Below are positions 9,533-19,437 of a stretch of DNA of 64,000 nucleotides, piece after piece. Position 1 is the stretch's first letter, and every line of letters starts with the position of its first letter. The stretch is from positions 1 through 64,000 of the forward strand of contig CDRNVI010000080.1 of assembly GCA_977017575.1 (NCBI GenBank), given 5' to 3'. Position numbers and translations under genes: made by a program. The DNA comes from Paramoeba atlantica. Taxonomy: Eukaryota; Protista; Discosea. The notes under the pieces are model-generated. The model saw only the letters and a list, made by a program, of their open reading frames with translations. It searched no databases and was not told the DNA's origin.

Positions 9533-10849
9533 GGCTAGGGGGGACCTTCGATGAGTACTCATCGTAAGTTGTAGACTTTCGATGAGTCTCACGGAAAGTT
9601 GTAGACTTTCGATGAGTACTCATCGAAGGTGTTTTTGACTTTTTCAATTTTTCGTATTTTATCAATTTTTTGCGAAGGGCCAACTGTGAGCGTAGCCCTG
9701 GGACATAATAATATTTTTTGGCGACCCGTGCGCTCCATGCGGAGGTGGTGGATATTGGCACGGCGGGCGGAGGAGGAGTTGGCATCACGGCCTTCTTTTT
9801 CCGGCGGGCAGGAGGGAGCGGCAAAATCTCAGGACTACTCCTGATTCTTTTGCTTGGGAGCGTGTGAAAACTCCCATGAAAGGTAAAAAAAAGTAAATAA
9901 TCAACAAGGTACAGAAACTGTATCTTTATCGTTAAAGATTATTGTACGTGTGCTTCTCTCTAGATTCGTGGGAAGCAATTTGCGAAGCTCAACTACCTTG
10001 ATAACAAATTTTAGTACCCATTTTGGCCGCGCGGGGGCCCCCGCGTGAGCGGGGGTGCGCGCGGCCGCGAAACGGCGAGGGCCCGCGTGAGCGGGCCTGA
10101 GCCGTACCCCGCGTAGGATTCCCCTGTGCGTCGTTAGTGGGAAGCAATTTGCGAAGCTCACTGAATTTCGTAGTTTTCGCTACTGCGGCGTTGGCAACGT
10201 ATGTAGCGAAGTGTAGGATACTGAACGCACGGAAAAGGAAAATCAAAAAAAAATCTTGGGTGTTCCACAAAAGTCCTTGACTTCCACCGTAAATTTCCGT
10301 TCGTTGAGAACTCAACGAACGTACCCCCAACCCGTCTACCCCTTCCGCAGGATTGTCCTGAGGCAAGGCCCAACTGTGAGCGTATCCCTGTTGTTTTTTG
10401 TAAGACGGATTCTTCAGCTATTTTGCCGGTTTTAACGTAGGTATCATGTTTCCGTTACGTTGATGGCCATCAGACTATGAGTAGATCATATGTTTTCTTT
10501 TTGTAAATTATGCAGTCTGACTTAGCTTCTATTATCGATTAGGAGTTCGGATTCTCTTTTGACCATGGGACATAATAATATCTTTTGGCGCCCCGCGCGC
10601 TCCAGCACGCGGGTAGCGCACTGGGAACCTGTGTCTACCCCTTCCGAAGGATTGTGAATTTGTTTTATACAAACGCTTCAGTTTGTTTGCCACAAACGCT
10701 TCGGTGAGTAATAAAAAAACCTCGAAAATCTCTATTAGGGTCGCTCAAAAACGCTTCGATGAGTACTCATCGAAAGTTGTAGACTCTCGATGAGACTCAC
10801 GGAAAGTTGTAGACTTTCGATGAGTACTCATCGAAGGTCCCCCCTACCC
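9533..10849. mobile_element. Non-autonomous TIR DNA transposon with 8-bp TSD CAAAGCTG (hAT/Merlin/P-type TSD length)
   Basis: TSD at 9525-9532 and 10850-10857. Ends read GGCTAGGGGGGACCTTCGATGAGTACTCATCG and (rc) GGGTAGGGGGGACCTTCGATGAGTACTCATCG. No transposase inside. Confidence 0.85.
9902..9937 (-). other. SL-like 36-mer heading a short gag-like 5' fragment (MGVFTRSQA..., 9738-9901)
   Basis: CTTTAACGATAAAGATACAGTTTCTGTACCTTGTTG, followed by a U-rich UTR and ATG; no GT donor follows. Confidence 0.8.
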
Positions 10850-11123
10850 CAAAGCTGGTCTTCCATGTGCGATCGAACCTCGTATTCATGCGTCCTTTTT
10901 TTGCACCAAATGCAAGTGCTCAATTTCCCCAGAAGCGGCGGAATACCATCCTTGCCGAGCGCGTCGAATTAGATCTGGCCCAGACCTAGCGATTATGTGG
11001 CCAGATGTTGGAGAAATTTTATACGACGTTACCGTGGTACATACGTGCTGCAGCAGCTATGCAAAGCAGAGCAGCAATGCCCTGCTGCAGAGTGCGGAAG
11101 AGCGGAAGATAGCAAAATATGTC

Positions 11124-11558
11124 TAATAGTCCACGTTTTGAAATTTAGCCGAGGGGCTGTTATGTATTTGCCTGCTGGCCCTTCGGGGCACATAGTTTCT
11201 TCGAATTATGATTTGTATTCAGAATTTTACATGGGATGGGTATTTACTATTATCTTATATATCCTTGTTAGGTTGTTATTTTACTTTGCTTTAAGTTTTT
11301 GGGGGGCAAGTTTTTTTAGGGCAGGTTGGCAGAGGGTTCCGGTGGGGGGGAATCCCGTTAACAACGTGACACATTATTATTTGTTTTATGCAGGCTTTCT
11401 TTTGAACTATGTTTGTGCATGTGAATTCTATCTATATATCGTATTATGTGTTCTTTGATTTTGGGACGATTTGGAAGTGTGATTATATTAGTCATAGGTA
11501 TTTACTTATATTTCTTTGTTACTTATAAGTTTCATGGAGCCCCCTCGGCGTGGATTTC
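11124..11558 (+). mobile_element. Solo A-B unit (SIRE-like derivative of YR retroelement), inserted without TSD
   Basis: Starts TAATAGTCCACG and ends CCCCTCGGCGTGGATTTC. Excision restores TATGTC|AAAGAA in frame. Confidence 0.85.
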
Positions 11559-11814
11559 AAAGAAAAAGGTCTTGATCCAGAATGCTTTCGCTGCATAGCT
11601 GTGACAGATTGTGGAGTACTACATGAAGAGACAAAGGTTTTGCTGAAAACATTGGCGAAAAGAAATGATGTTGATTACAAGATTGTACGAGAAGCTTTTC
11701 AACTTGAACTGGAAAAATATTCAGCCTATGCAGTCGTCTCTCAATTGCGCCAATATATAGAAACCGAGAAATGGGTAGGAGGACTCCGTCTTTAAACACT
11801 CCTCTGAATATTAC

Positions 11815-12045
11815 ATTTTCGCTGCTTTTAACATTTCGTTAATAATGTTTCGTTGCTTTCAGCCTTTGGTGATTAATAATGTTTCGTTGCTTTCAGCCTT
11901 TGGTGATTACTGTTTCGCTGCTTGGTTAGGTTTCAGCCTTTGGTTATTTTTGTTTTGCTGCTTGGTGATTATTGTTCCGCAGCTTTCAGCTCTTGGTTGT
12001 TACTGTTTCGCTGCTTTGGGTTATCACCGTTTCGCTGCTTTGAGT
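11815..12045 (+). repeat. Degenerate short repeats (TTTCGYTGCTTTCAGC-like) in the 3' flank of the family-B element
   Basis: Motif recurs ~6 times and again near 12590. Confidence 0.55.
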
Positions 12046-12864
12046 CGTCCATAATGGACGCGAGCAGTCTTGGCAGAGTCGCTTTGTTAATATAATGAAG
12101 TGTATAAAAGACAACTACGGTTTTCCCGTTCCCGAAGAATTTGAGGAACTTTTGCTTCAATTACTTTCACAAGTTCTCATTATCGTATGATGATGATGTA
12201 TATTTATACGAAGATTTTTTTTTTGGGGGGTGTGCACCCCCCTAGGCCCACCGGAAGCCTACCCACTTTTCATATGGATTTTCATCATATAAAAATCCAT
12301 TTCTAAAGAAAATACCTTTCTTTCTTAAGCAAAAAGGAAATTTGTCCATTTAATAGCCCTCAGAGTTTAGTGTCCTGTATCTGTGCCCATGTTGTCGTTG
12401 TTGGGTCTTGTATTTGTGCCCATGTTGAATAATACGAGATAGACTTGACTTTGGAGACTAGAAGATTATTTGGCTTCAAAGGCTTATGCCACCTAGCCAT
12501 TTTTCACCCTGTATGTGGTTCCGCAATTGCGATACGATAGTGTAAGCCGCAAACTTTTCATTTTCCAATTGAAAAGCTTCAGTCGTCACTTTTTCGCTGC
12601 TTTCAGCATTCGGCTATTACTGTTTTGCTTTTTTGAGTAACATGTGAATAAATAAAGGAACGGAAAACACGTGAAACTATTATTTTGAGTATACAGCAAC
12701 ATTGTATACTGCCATTGTATACTACAACAAGACGTTAAAGTCGTAAAAAAAAAGGGATGCTTGTCGGGCGTGGTACTGTCGTCTGGCGGCTCTACATTTT
12801 CGGGAGTAACGTTCAAGGATATAGGCAAAGAACCGATGCAACAGTACGTTTTTAATGGAATAGA

Positions 12865-13332
12865 ATCGCCTCGATTGAAGTCGTGAAGTCGCAAAACTTT
12901 GATATGCCTTTTTCTGAAAACCGAAAGCTGAGACCACGCGCAGCACGCAGCGGTGCGCCAAATAAGATTTATGCACTCGTGAGTGCGCGCTCCGAATGTT
13001 GATGGATTTGCGTTGCGCGATCCGAGACAACGCACACGCGAATCGCCGCGATTGAAGTCGTGAAGTCACAAAATTTTGATATGCCTTTTTCTGAGAACCG
13101 AAAGCTGAGACCACGCGCAGCACGCAGCGGTGCGCCAAAGTGGATTTATGCACTATTGAGTGCGCGCTCCGAATGTTGATGGATTTGCGTTGCGTGATCC
13201 GAGGCACCGCACACGCAAATCGCCGCGATTGAAGTCATGAAGTCGCAAAACTTTGATATGCCTTTTTCTGAGAACCGAAAGCTGAGACCACGCGCAGCAC
13301 GCAGCGGTGCGCCAAATAAGATTTATGCACTC
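12865..13332. repeat. 177-bp satellite, ~2.6 units
   Basis: Same unit as the arrays from 37533 onward; cut at GATTTATGCACTC|. Confidence 0.95.
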
Positions 13333-13968
13333 GAAATCCACGCCGAGGGGCTCCCTGGAAACATATACACTGATAACATATATGAATAAATGAACAACTA
13401 TGAATAGCTCAATCGTAATTCAAAATGACACAACATATCATTCATTCATTTCACACGCACAAAGATGGAAAAGAAACAAGCCTGCATAAAACAACACAAT
13501 CAATGTCACTCTGTTAACGGGGTTCCCCCCCACCGGAACCCTCGGCCAAATGGCTGGGGGCTCGGTGGGTGGGCACAAAACTTTAAACGTAACAAAATAA
13601 CAACCTAACAAGAATATAACAAACGAGTAAACACCCCCCTCCATGCAATTAGAGAATACTACATCATAATTTGAGAAAATTATGTGCCCCGAAGGGCCAG
13701 AAGGCAAATATATAGCCGCCCCTCGGCTAAATTTCAAAACGTGAACTATTAGAAATCCACGCCGAGGGGCTCCCTGGAAACATATACACTGATAACATAT
13801 ATGAATAAATGAACAACTATGAATAGCTCAATCGTAATTCAAAATGACACAACATATCATTCATTCATTTCACACGCACAAAGATGGAAAAGAAACAAGC
13901 CTGCATAAAACAACACAATCAATGTCACTCTGTTAACGGGGTTCCCCCCCACCGGAACCCTCGGCCAA
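13333..13968 (-). repeat. B1-A2-B2 split direct repeat block
   Basis: 419-bp period. Junction GGATTTC/TAATAG at 13752/13751. Contains a GCCC-TTCG-GGGC hairpin. Confidence 0.9.
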
Positions 13969-14400
13969 CCTGCCCACACACACGTCACAATAAACGCAAA
14001 ATGCCCAATCACGTAGTCAAATATTAATAGATAGAAAATATCAAAATATGCAGAGCTCACAAAAGGATAACGATAGCAATAGATGACCAGTCCATTACCA
14101 CGCCCTTTACAAGCTCACACGAGCTACACAGGTTACGCTTTCAACCTCTGCCCATATACCAACTTGGGACCTAGAAGTGTGGAGCAACTAGGCGTGGTGT
14201 ACGGCCGTGTCAACAATGACGCGGTTAAAAACATTAAGGCGCTAATCGCAGAGTAAAGAAAACTTTACTCACCTTTATCTCACATTGGGGAACCTTGTTT
14301 TCGAAAACCAAGGCGTGAGGATAAAGTTTGTCAACCGATTAACATCCATAACCTTCCAAAATTATAGGGACAACCTCCAAACCCCAGGACCCCGTCCGCT

Positions 14401-14431
<31 letters not shown>

Positions 14432-14644
14432 GCAATTAATAAGGGGGGAGAAGTATGAATCGCGGCATTGCCTCTATATTTTGACCCAGTAGACGAACCA
14501 AGTAGGTCCATTGGGGGGGAGTATATGATTTTAAAACAAGCAATCAAATTAGCAATTTCATATTTTGGAGCCCAAAACTAGCAATTCGATCTCCCGTAAG
14601 TATAAGAACAATAAAAACAATAACAATAAAAACAAGCAATCTAT

Positions 14645-14890
14645 GCCCAATCCATTCGCGCGTTCCGGACCGGGTCTTTCGACCTCTCCACGGCCTGACT
14701 TGTGAACCCTTCCCTTGTTATATGGGAGGGCGCAGGCGCGGGCCTGTGTCGACAGCGACACGGTCGCGAAACAGGATGCTGGCCGACGGGGAGGAGATTC
14801 ACTGCCCGTGTACTACCTCACTTGGGGTACCTAGCCCTCGCGGGCTAGGCGTGAGCATAGACTCTGTCGACCCGACCAGCACCCGTCCTG
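14645..14890 (-). ncRNA. Structured RNA element in the family-A 3' UTR
   Basis: Nested stems conserved at 19700-19945, 33128-33372 and, with compensatory changes, 33950-34065. Confidence 0.6.
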
Positions 14891-14961
14891 GATACCATGG
14901 CGTCTTCGTGCTGAAATAGGACTGTCAGTCCGAATCCCTACCTATTTCACCTTGGGGTACC

Positions 14962-17900
14962 TCACTCACGAAGGCGAGGCGTGAGAATAGGCACTGTAGG
15001 CTCGATCGCTCCTGCCGGTCCGCAGCTGGCACGATTTGGTGTGGTGTCAGAGGGTGCCTCGTGCAGTAAAGCGAGACTGGCATGGATATCCACGTCTGCC
15101 ATGCGTCTTACAAGCATTCGTGCCTGAGACCGCATGAGCGTAACGTTCATATCCTGGAGAAGAAAAAACATTGACGCTTGCTCGGACATATCACCCTTAC
15201 ATGCTGCGGCTCTTTTTCCCGCGATCTTCTTCAGCATATGGAGGGACGTCGGACTCCATGATCCGTACGATTCCACTACCATGGCGGTGAAATCATGTCC
15301 GGCCTCTATAGCCTCTTGCCTTTGTCCACGCTTGTGGTTCGTTGCATATTTCTCTGCGAAGGCCCCTGCAGCTACCATGCCAGCAGAACGGACCAGGTCC
15401 GTATATTTCTGTTGCTGGACGTGGGTCACCGCAAAATCAAAGACAAGGCCTTTACCGAGCGTGTAGCTCGGAAGGAACACATCCCCTGGTCTTGTGAGTG
15501 CTCCCCCTGGACCTCTATTGCCGAGGCTGTGCTCCCTTTTCGGAGACAAATTGGCCTTTTGACAAACGTCAAAGAACTGGAGGGCCAAGGCATTATGCCT
15601 CGCAGAGATCCCGTAGTCGTGTTTACAGACCAATGCGTGGTCTCCTTGTGGTCCCATCGGAAGCGTGCAGCCTGAGACGGGACAGGGGTTTGTTTCTGGA
15701 TATACTTTTTGTCCTAGCCACCAGGTGCACAGGGTGCGGAACTCCGTTTTAGTAAAGGCGTGCCCCTTTTCCCTGGAGGGCGTGACAAACAGCCAGTCAC
15801 CTGCCCCTTTTCCAGATTGAGATATCCAACGTGCCCTCGTTTGAGGATCAGCTTTCTGATATGCATCAGTGTACTCGCGGGAAGAAATTGCACGGCTGAG
15901 CACCTTTTGGCGTGCGACTCGGTCGTTGGAAGATGAAAACTCGTGGTCGAGTTTCGTTTGTTCAAAGTAAGGGGTCGTCGTGTCTCCGGGTGGTGCTATG
16001 GGAAGATTCGCTGGGAGAGGTCGTTTTGATCCACGGAGACCCAGTACTTTTTTGAGGTGAGAGAGAGAGGAAGCGTGCTGAGGGGAAATTAGACCGGTTT
16101 TCTCTTCCAGGACGCTGGTGCCCGCTCGTGAATTGACGTCCAGTACTGCATCAGCAAAATCTTTTGCGTCGAGGGAGTTCCAGTTGTCCTTATCCGCTGC
16201 GAAAGAGACTGAGGAAACGTACGCCGATGAGGCGTGCATCGCTGAAGAGCGCAGCCCGAATCCACCGTAAGATTTTGGACGTTGTACTTGTGCGGCAGCA
16301 TCTTCATTTAAAGGACATATAGAGCGTTCCGTGGTGTGTAGTATTGCTGTGTCAAGTTCTTCGCATAGCTCATGGACGGAATTGGTGGGTGTGGTTCTAA
16401 GAGAATATGCCATTTGGCTGAAACCAGCACATTGTCGGATGAGTGCGAGGGAAACTTGCGGGTCTTCCATGTATTCGATCGCGGCTAGGGATTCTTCAGC
16501 AGGCAACAGGGTGTGTTCACGGAGAAATTCTGTGCAGAAACCAGTCGTTCCTACAGGGCTACCTAAAATTGAAAAATTTCCCTCGCTTGTCTTTTTAGTC
16601 GTCGGGATGTTGCCGAAGCTGTCCAGGTGTTCGGCGGATTCAGGATGTGTGATCGCCTCGCACTTGTTGGTGTTTAGGAAGATGCCCCACTGTGGGCCGA
16701 CTCGTTCGATGATGTCTAAGGCTCGTCTGACGTCTTGAGCCTTCCCCCCGAGAATGCCGTCATCCAAATACCACAGATTAAGCTTAAGAAGACCAGGAAG
16801 TTGTCGATCTATCTCGGTAGTAACCAGTTGCATGACGAGGGAAAAAAGTAAAGGACCCAACGGATCCCCTTGTTGCACACCCTCCTTTGAAGAAATCTGA
16901 CGGAAACCGTAAGTGAGAATACTCTCGGTGGTGTAACACCATTCAACCCACGGGGAGAGCTCCGGGAAGTGCTCCCTCGTAAGTGCAGCAAAGGCAGTTC
17001 TTGAGATGTTGTTAAAGGCATTTCGCAGATCCACTTTACATAGCGTGAAATCAGAACTTCCCGCCTGAGAGGCCATCACGTGCCTACACAGTTGGATCAG
17101 GCGTTCGGCCCCTGCAGGTGTTGCGACTCCGTATTGATGAGGCCAGAGTAGTTTGCTTGCCTTTTCCTTTACTGCGGAGCAGGCCGCTTTGCTCACAAGT
17201 CGCCTTATTGTTTCGCCGGCAGCAATAGGACGGACATCATTTTCTCCTTTTTCTAAGGCACATAGTCTGGCGCCGCCGAAGAACTTCTGGACTTGGAGAC
17301 AACCTTTCCCGGACAGCAAGAGGTTCATGACTTCCTTGAGATAGAAAAGCGGCTGTACCTTGTCATCAGGGTGTGCTGCTAAGGCGCTCTGGAGATGCTC
17401 AGGGCGGAGGCCCATGGTGCCAGCCGATGTTCCGCGCCGGAAACTGCGTAGTGCCTTTTCAACTTCGCCTTCGGATAGATGTAAAGGCTCTCCTTCTATG
17501 GGTCGGAATGTGACGGAAGATGATAAAGGCAATCTACCTGGGTGCTTCGATTGGAGTTTTTCGTAAGTTTCTTCGGATTCAGGTGCCATCGGTGCTGCTG
17601 TAAGAGCTGCCATCGCACGGGAAAACTCCCCTTGTCTGGCCAGCAACTCGGCTCGTTTCGCCGCCTTGCCGGACTCGTCCACTTCCTCATCGTCGTTCCT
17701 CTCCCGCTTCTTTACCATTTGCGCAACAGATTCGTTCCACAGTGCCGCGTATTCCCTGGATTCCCAGCGATCCATGCGTTGGCTCGTTTTCGTGGTATAG
17801 GACGAATTTCCTTTTCGTCCCCCTCTTTTGGGCGCGGGCAGGACACATTTTGGGAGCATCGCTAAGCGTGTCCAGGCCTCAACAGAATTCTCTCTAACCA

Positions 17901-18801
17901 CTGCAGCCATTGTTTGGGTCAAAACGGAGGCCCACTGTTGTCTGCATCGGAATGGTACATCTTTGCATGTGTTGATGGCGTAAGAGCAGACACAATCAAG
18001 AGACGGGAGCGAATCCTTGTAAATTTGGGAAATGGAAGCCTCTTCGGTTTCTGGCTCACAGGATAGCGACGAGGTGTAAGAGCCCAAGGAGTCTTGACAT
18101 TTTTCCTCATGGGAAGCTTTTTTATTGTGATCATAGTGCTTGCCGCATGAGGGGCATAAGAAACGTCCTTCTTTTTCCCACCATTCCGAAGGCACAGTAT
18201 CGCTATGTTGGCTTGCGACGTGATGGTAGTAGGCCTGCCACTTCCCTCCGTGTGATGCGGTGCTCCAGTTGCACACTTCGACTGGACAGGTGCGACGTCT
18301 CATTGTATCTCGTCTAGCTGGTTGGCGAGTCTTGGAATCTTTACTAACCCCTCTCTCGAAAATTTTGGGCGTCGACTTTTGGCTAGAAAGAGGGCTTTTT
18401 CGTGGGAGAAGCCTCGCTGTGGCCATGGAATGTGCTTCGTACCGCTCTGGGGTTTGGCTTGTTACTTCTTGACCTTTGCCAGACGTATTGGGGGCACAGT
18501 CTCTTGATACGCTGGAATGATTTCTCTCTTCGTCTGCCGATAAAATCATCCCCGTGTCAGGTGTCTGCTTCTCTCGGTGCAAAGATTGTAGTGCCGTTTC
18601 CATTTTGTCTTGCCAGGCCGGTGTAATATTTTCTGGTATGGGCGTCGTGTAGAGGGATTCATCGTATGTACTAGTTGCAGCGATAAGATGCTGATTACCC
18701 TCAAACTGGTCCCAGGAGCCTGGCGTGTGTGTTTTCTCCTCTTGGGCAAAAAGGTCATCTTCTCGTATCGTCGTCGAGCCGTATGAATCAGCCTCCCTCA
18801 T
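14962..18801 (-). CDS. LsmAD-like / 2 Zn fingers / RT / CCHC / restriction-like endonuclease polyprotein
   Basis: CPVEVC..H..H and CPSC..H..C fingers; RPIAAGE, DLRNAFN, QQGDPLGP, WYLDDG; CPVSGC..DHALVC, RHN, RPGDV..FD..K. ATG at 18801 (the track starts at TTG 18843). Confidence 0.95.
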   Translation of the reverse strand: MREADSYGSTTIREDDLFAQEEKTHTPGSWDQFEGNQHLIAATSTYDESLYTTPIPENITPAWQDKMETALQSLHREKQTPDTGMILSADEERNHSSVSRDCAPNTSGKGQEVTSQTPERYEAHSMATARLLPRKSPLSSQKSTPKIFERGVSKDSKTRQPARRDTMRRRTCPVEVCNWSTASHGGKWQAYYHHVASQHSDTVPSEWWEKEGRFLCPSCGKHYDHNKKASHEEKCQDSLGSYTSSLSCEPETEEASISQIYKDSLPSLDCVCSYAINTCKDVPFRCRQQWASVLTQTMAAVVRENSVEAWTRLAMLPKCVLPAPKRGGRKGNSSYTTKTSQRMDRWESREYAALWNESVAQMVKKRERNDDEEVDESGKAAKRAELLARQGEFSRAMAALTAAPMAPESEETYEKLQSKHPGRLPLSSSVTFRPIEGEPLHLSEGEVEKALRSFRRGTSAGTMGLRPEHLQSALAAHPDDKVQPLFYLKEVMNLLLSGKGCLQVQKFFGGARLCALEKGENDVRPIAAGETIRRLVSKAACSAVKEKASKLLWPHQYGVATPAGAERLIQLCRHVMASQAGSSDFTLCKVDLRNAFNNISRTAFAALTREHFPELSPWVEWCYTTESILTYGFRQISSKEGVQQGDPLGPLLFSLVMQLVTTEIDRQLPGLLKLNLWYLDDGILGGKAQDVRRALDIIERVGPQWGIFLNTNKCEAITHPESAEHLDSFGNIPTTKKTSEGNFSILGSPVGTTGFCTEFLREHTLLPAEESLAAIEYMEDPQVSLALIRQCAGFSQMAYSLRTTPTNSVHELCEELDTAILHTTERSICPLNEDAAAQVQRPKSYGGFGLRSSAMHASSAYVSSVSFAADKDNWNSLDAKDFADAVLDVNSRAGTSVLEEKTGLISPQHASSLSHLKKVLGLRGSKRPLPANLPIAPPGDTTTPYFEQTKLDHEFSSSNDRVARQKVLSRAISSREYTDAYQKADPQTRARWISQSGKGAGDWLFVTPSREKGHAFTKTEFRTLCTWWLGQKVYPETNPCPVSGCTLPMGPQGDHALVCKHDYGISARHNALALQFFDVCQKANLSPKREHSLGNRGPGGALTRPGDVFLPSYTLGKGLVFDFAVTHVQQQKYTDLVRSAGMVAAGAFAEKYATNHKRGQRQEAIEAGHDFTAMVVESYGSWSPTSLHMLKKIAGKRAAACKGDMSEQASMFFLLQDMNVTLMRSQARMLVRRMADVDIHASLALLHEAPSDTTPNRASCGPAGAIEPTVPILTPRLRE

Positions 18802-18837
18802 TGTCCGGATAAAAGAAATAGGGAAAGAAAAATAATT

Positions 18838-18871
18838 CAACAAGGTACAGAAACTGTATCTTTATCGTTAA
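18838..18871 (-). other. SL-like sequence (5'-trimmed) at the 5' end of A1
   Basis: TTAACGATAAAGATACAGTTTCTGTACCTTGTTG followed by AATTATTTTT...ATG. Confidence 0.8.
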
Positions 18872-19437
18872 TTCAAAATGACACAACATATCATTCATTC
18901 ATTTCACACGCACAAAGATGGAAAAGAAACAAGCCTGAATAAAACAACACAATCAATGTCACTCTGTTAACGGGGTTCCCCCCCACCGGAACCCTCGGCC
19001 AACCTGCCCACACACACGTCACAATAAACGCAAAATGCCCAATCACGTAGTCAAATATTAATAGATAGAAAATATCAAAATATGCAGAGCTCACAAAAGG
19101 ATAACGATAGCAATAGATGACCAGTCCATTACCACGCCCTTTACAAGCTCACACGAGCTACACAGGTTACGCTTTCAACCTCTGCCCATATACCAACTTG
19201 GGACCTAGAAGTGTGGAGCAACTAGGCGTGGTGTACGGCCGTGTCAACAATGACGCGGTTAAAAACATTAAGGCGCTAATCGCAGAGTAAAGAAAACTTT
19301 ACTCACCTTTATCTCACATTGGGGAACCTTGTTTTCGAAAACCAAGGCGTGAGGATAAAGTTTGTCAACCGATTAACATCCATAACCTTCCAAAATTATA
19401 GGGACAACCTCCAAACCCCAGGACCCCGTCCGCTCTC
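18869..19437 (-). repeat. 569-bp direct duplication of 13835-14403 flanking element A1
   Basis: Constant offset 5034; one substitution noticed (GCCTGCATAA vs GCCTGAATAA). Confidence 0.9.

Larger units (their letters stand above)
7009..11795 (+). mobile_element. Family-B CRE-like non-LTR retrotransposon (RT + Zn knuckle + RLE), split by two insertions
   Basis: RT motifs (G.RP..MGE, IDFKNAYN, QGS, YQDD). Removing 9533-10857 and 11124-11558 restores one frame: CSKAG|LPCAIEPR and KYV|KEKG, ending EKWVGGLRL at 11795. The 5' part of ORF 6793-9567 is a chimeric read-through. Confidence 0.9.
14404..18871 (-). mobile_element. Family-A CRE/SLACS-like non-LTR retrotransposon A1, full length, SL-headed and poly(A)-tailed
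   Basis: Poly(A) at 14404-14431, SL-like at 18838-18871, single long ORF. Confidence 0.93.

Noticed and set aside
5133-9632. Composite transposon carrying 5503-9532 between inverted arms
   Set aside because: The TIR outer ends face the intervening DNA, the wrong polarity, and the 9533 arm already pairs with 10849 through its own TSD.
9902-9937. SL RNA genes at the four SL-like sites
   Set aside because: No GT splice donor, intron or Sm site follows; each is fused to element UTR and ATG.
11124-11558. Helitron or classical MITE identity for the A-B units
   Set aside because: No TC...CTRR ends or A^T target, no TSD, and the A half is demonstrably the 5' UTR of the YR element gag.
12225-12250. 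GGGGGG-TGTGCA-CCCCCCTAGGCC resembling the TIR terminus
   Set aside because: Only ~10 bp match with an extra base and none of the palindromic sub-repeats; no partner end or TSD found.
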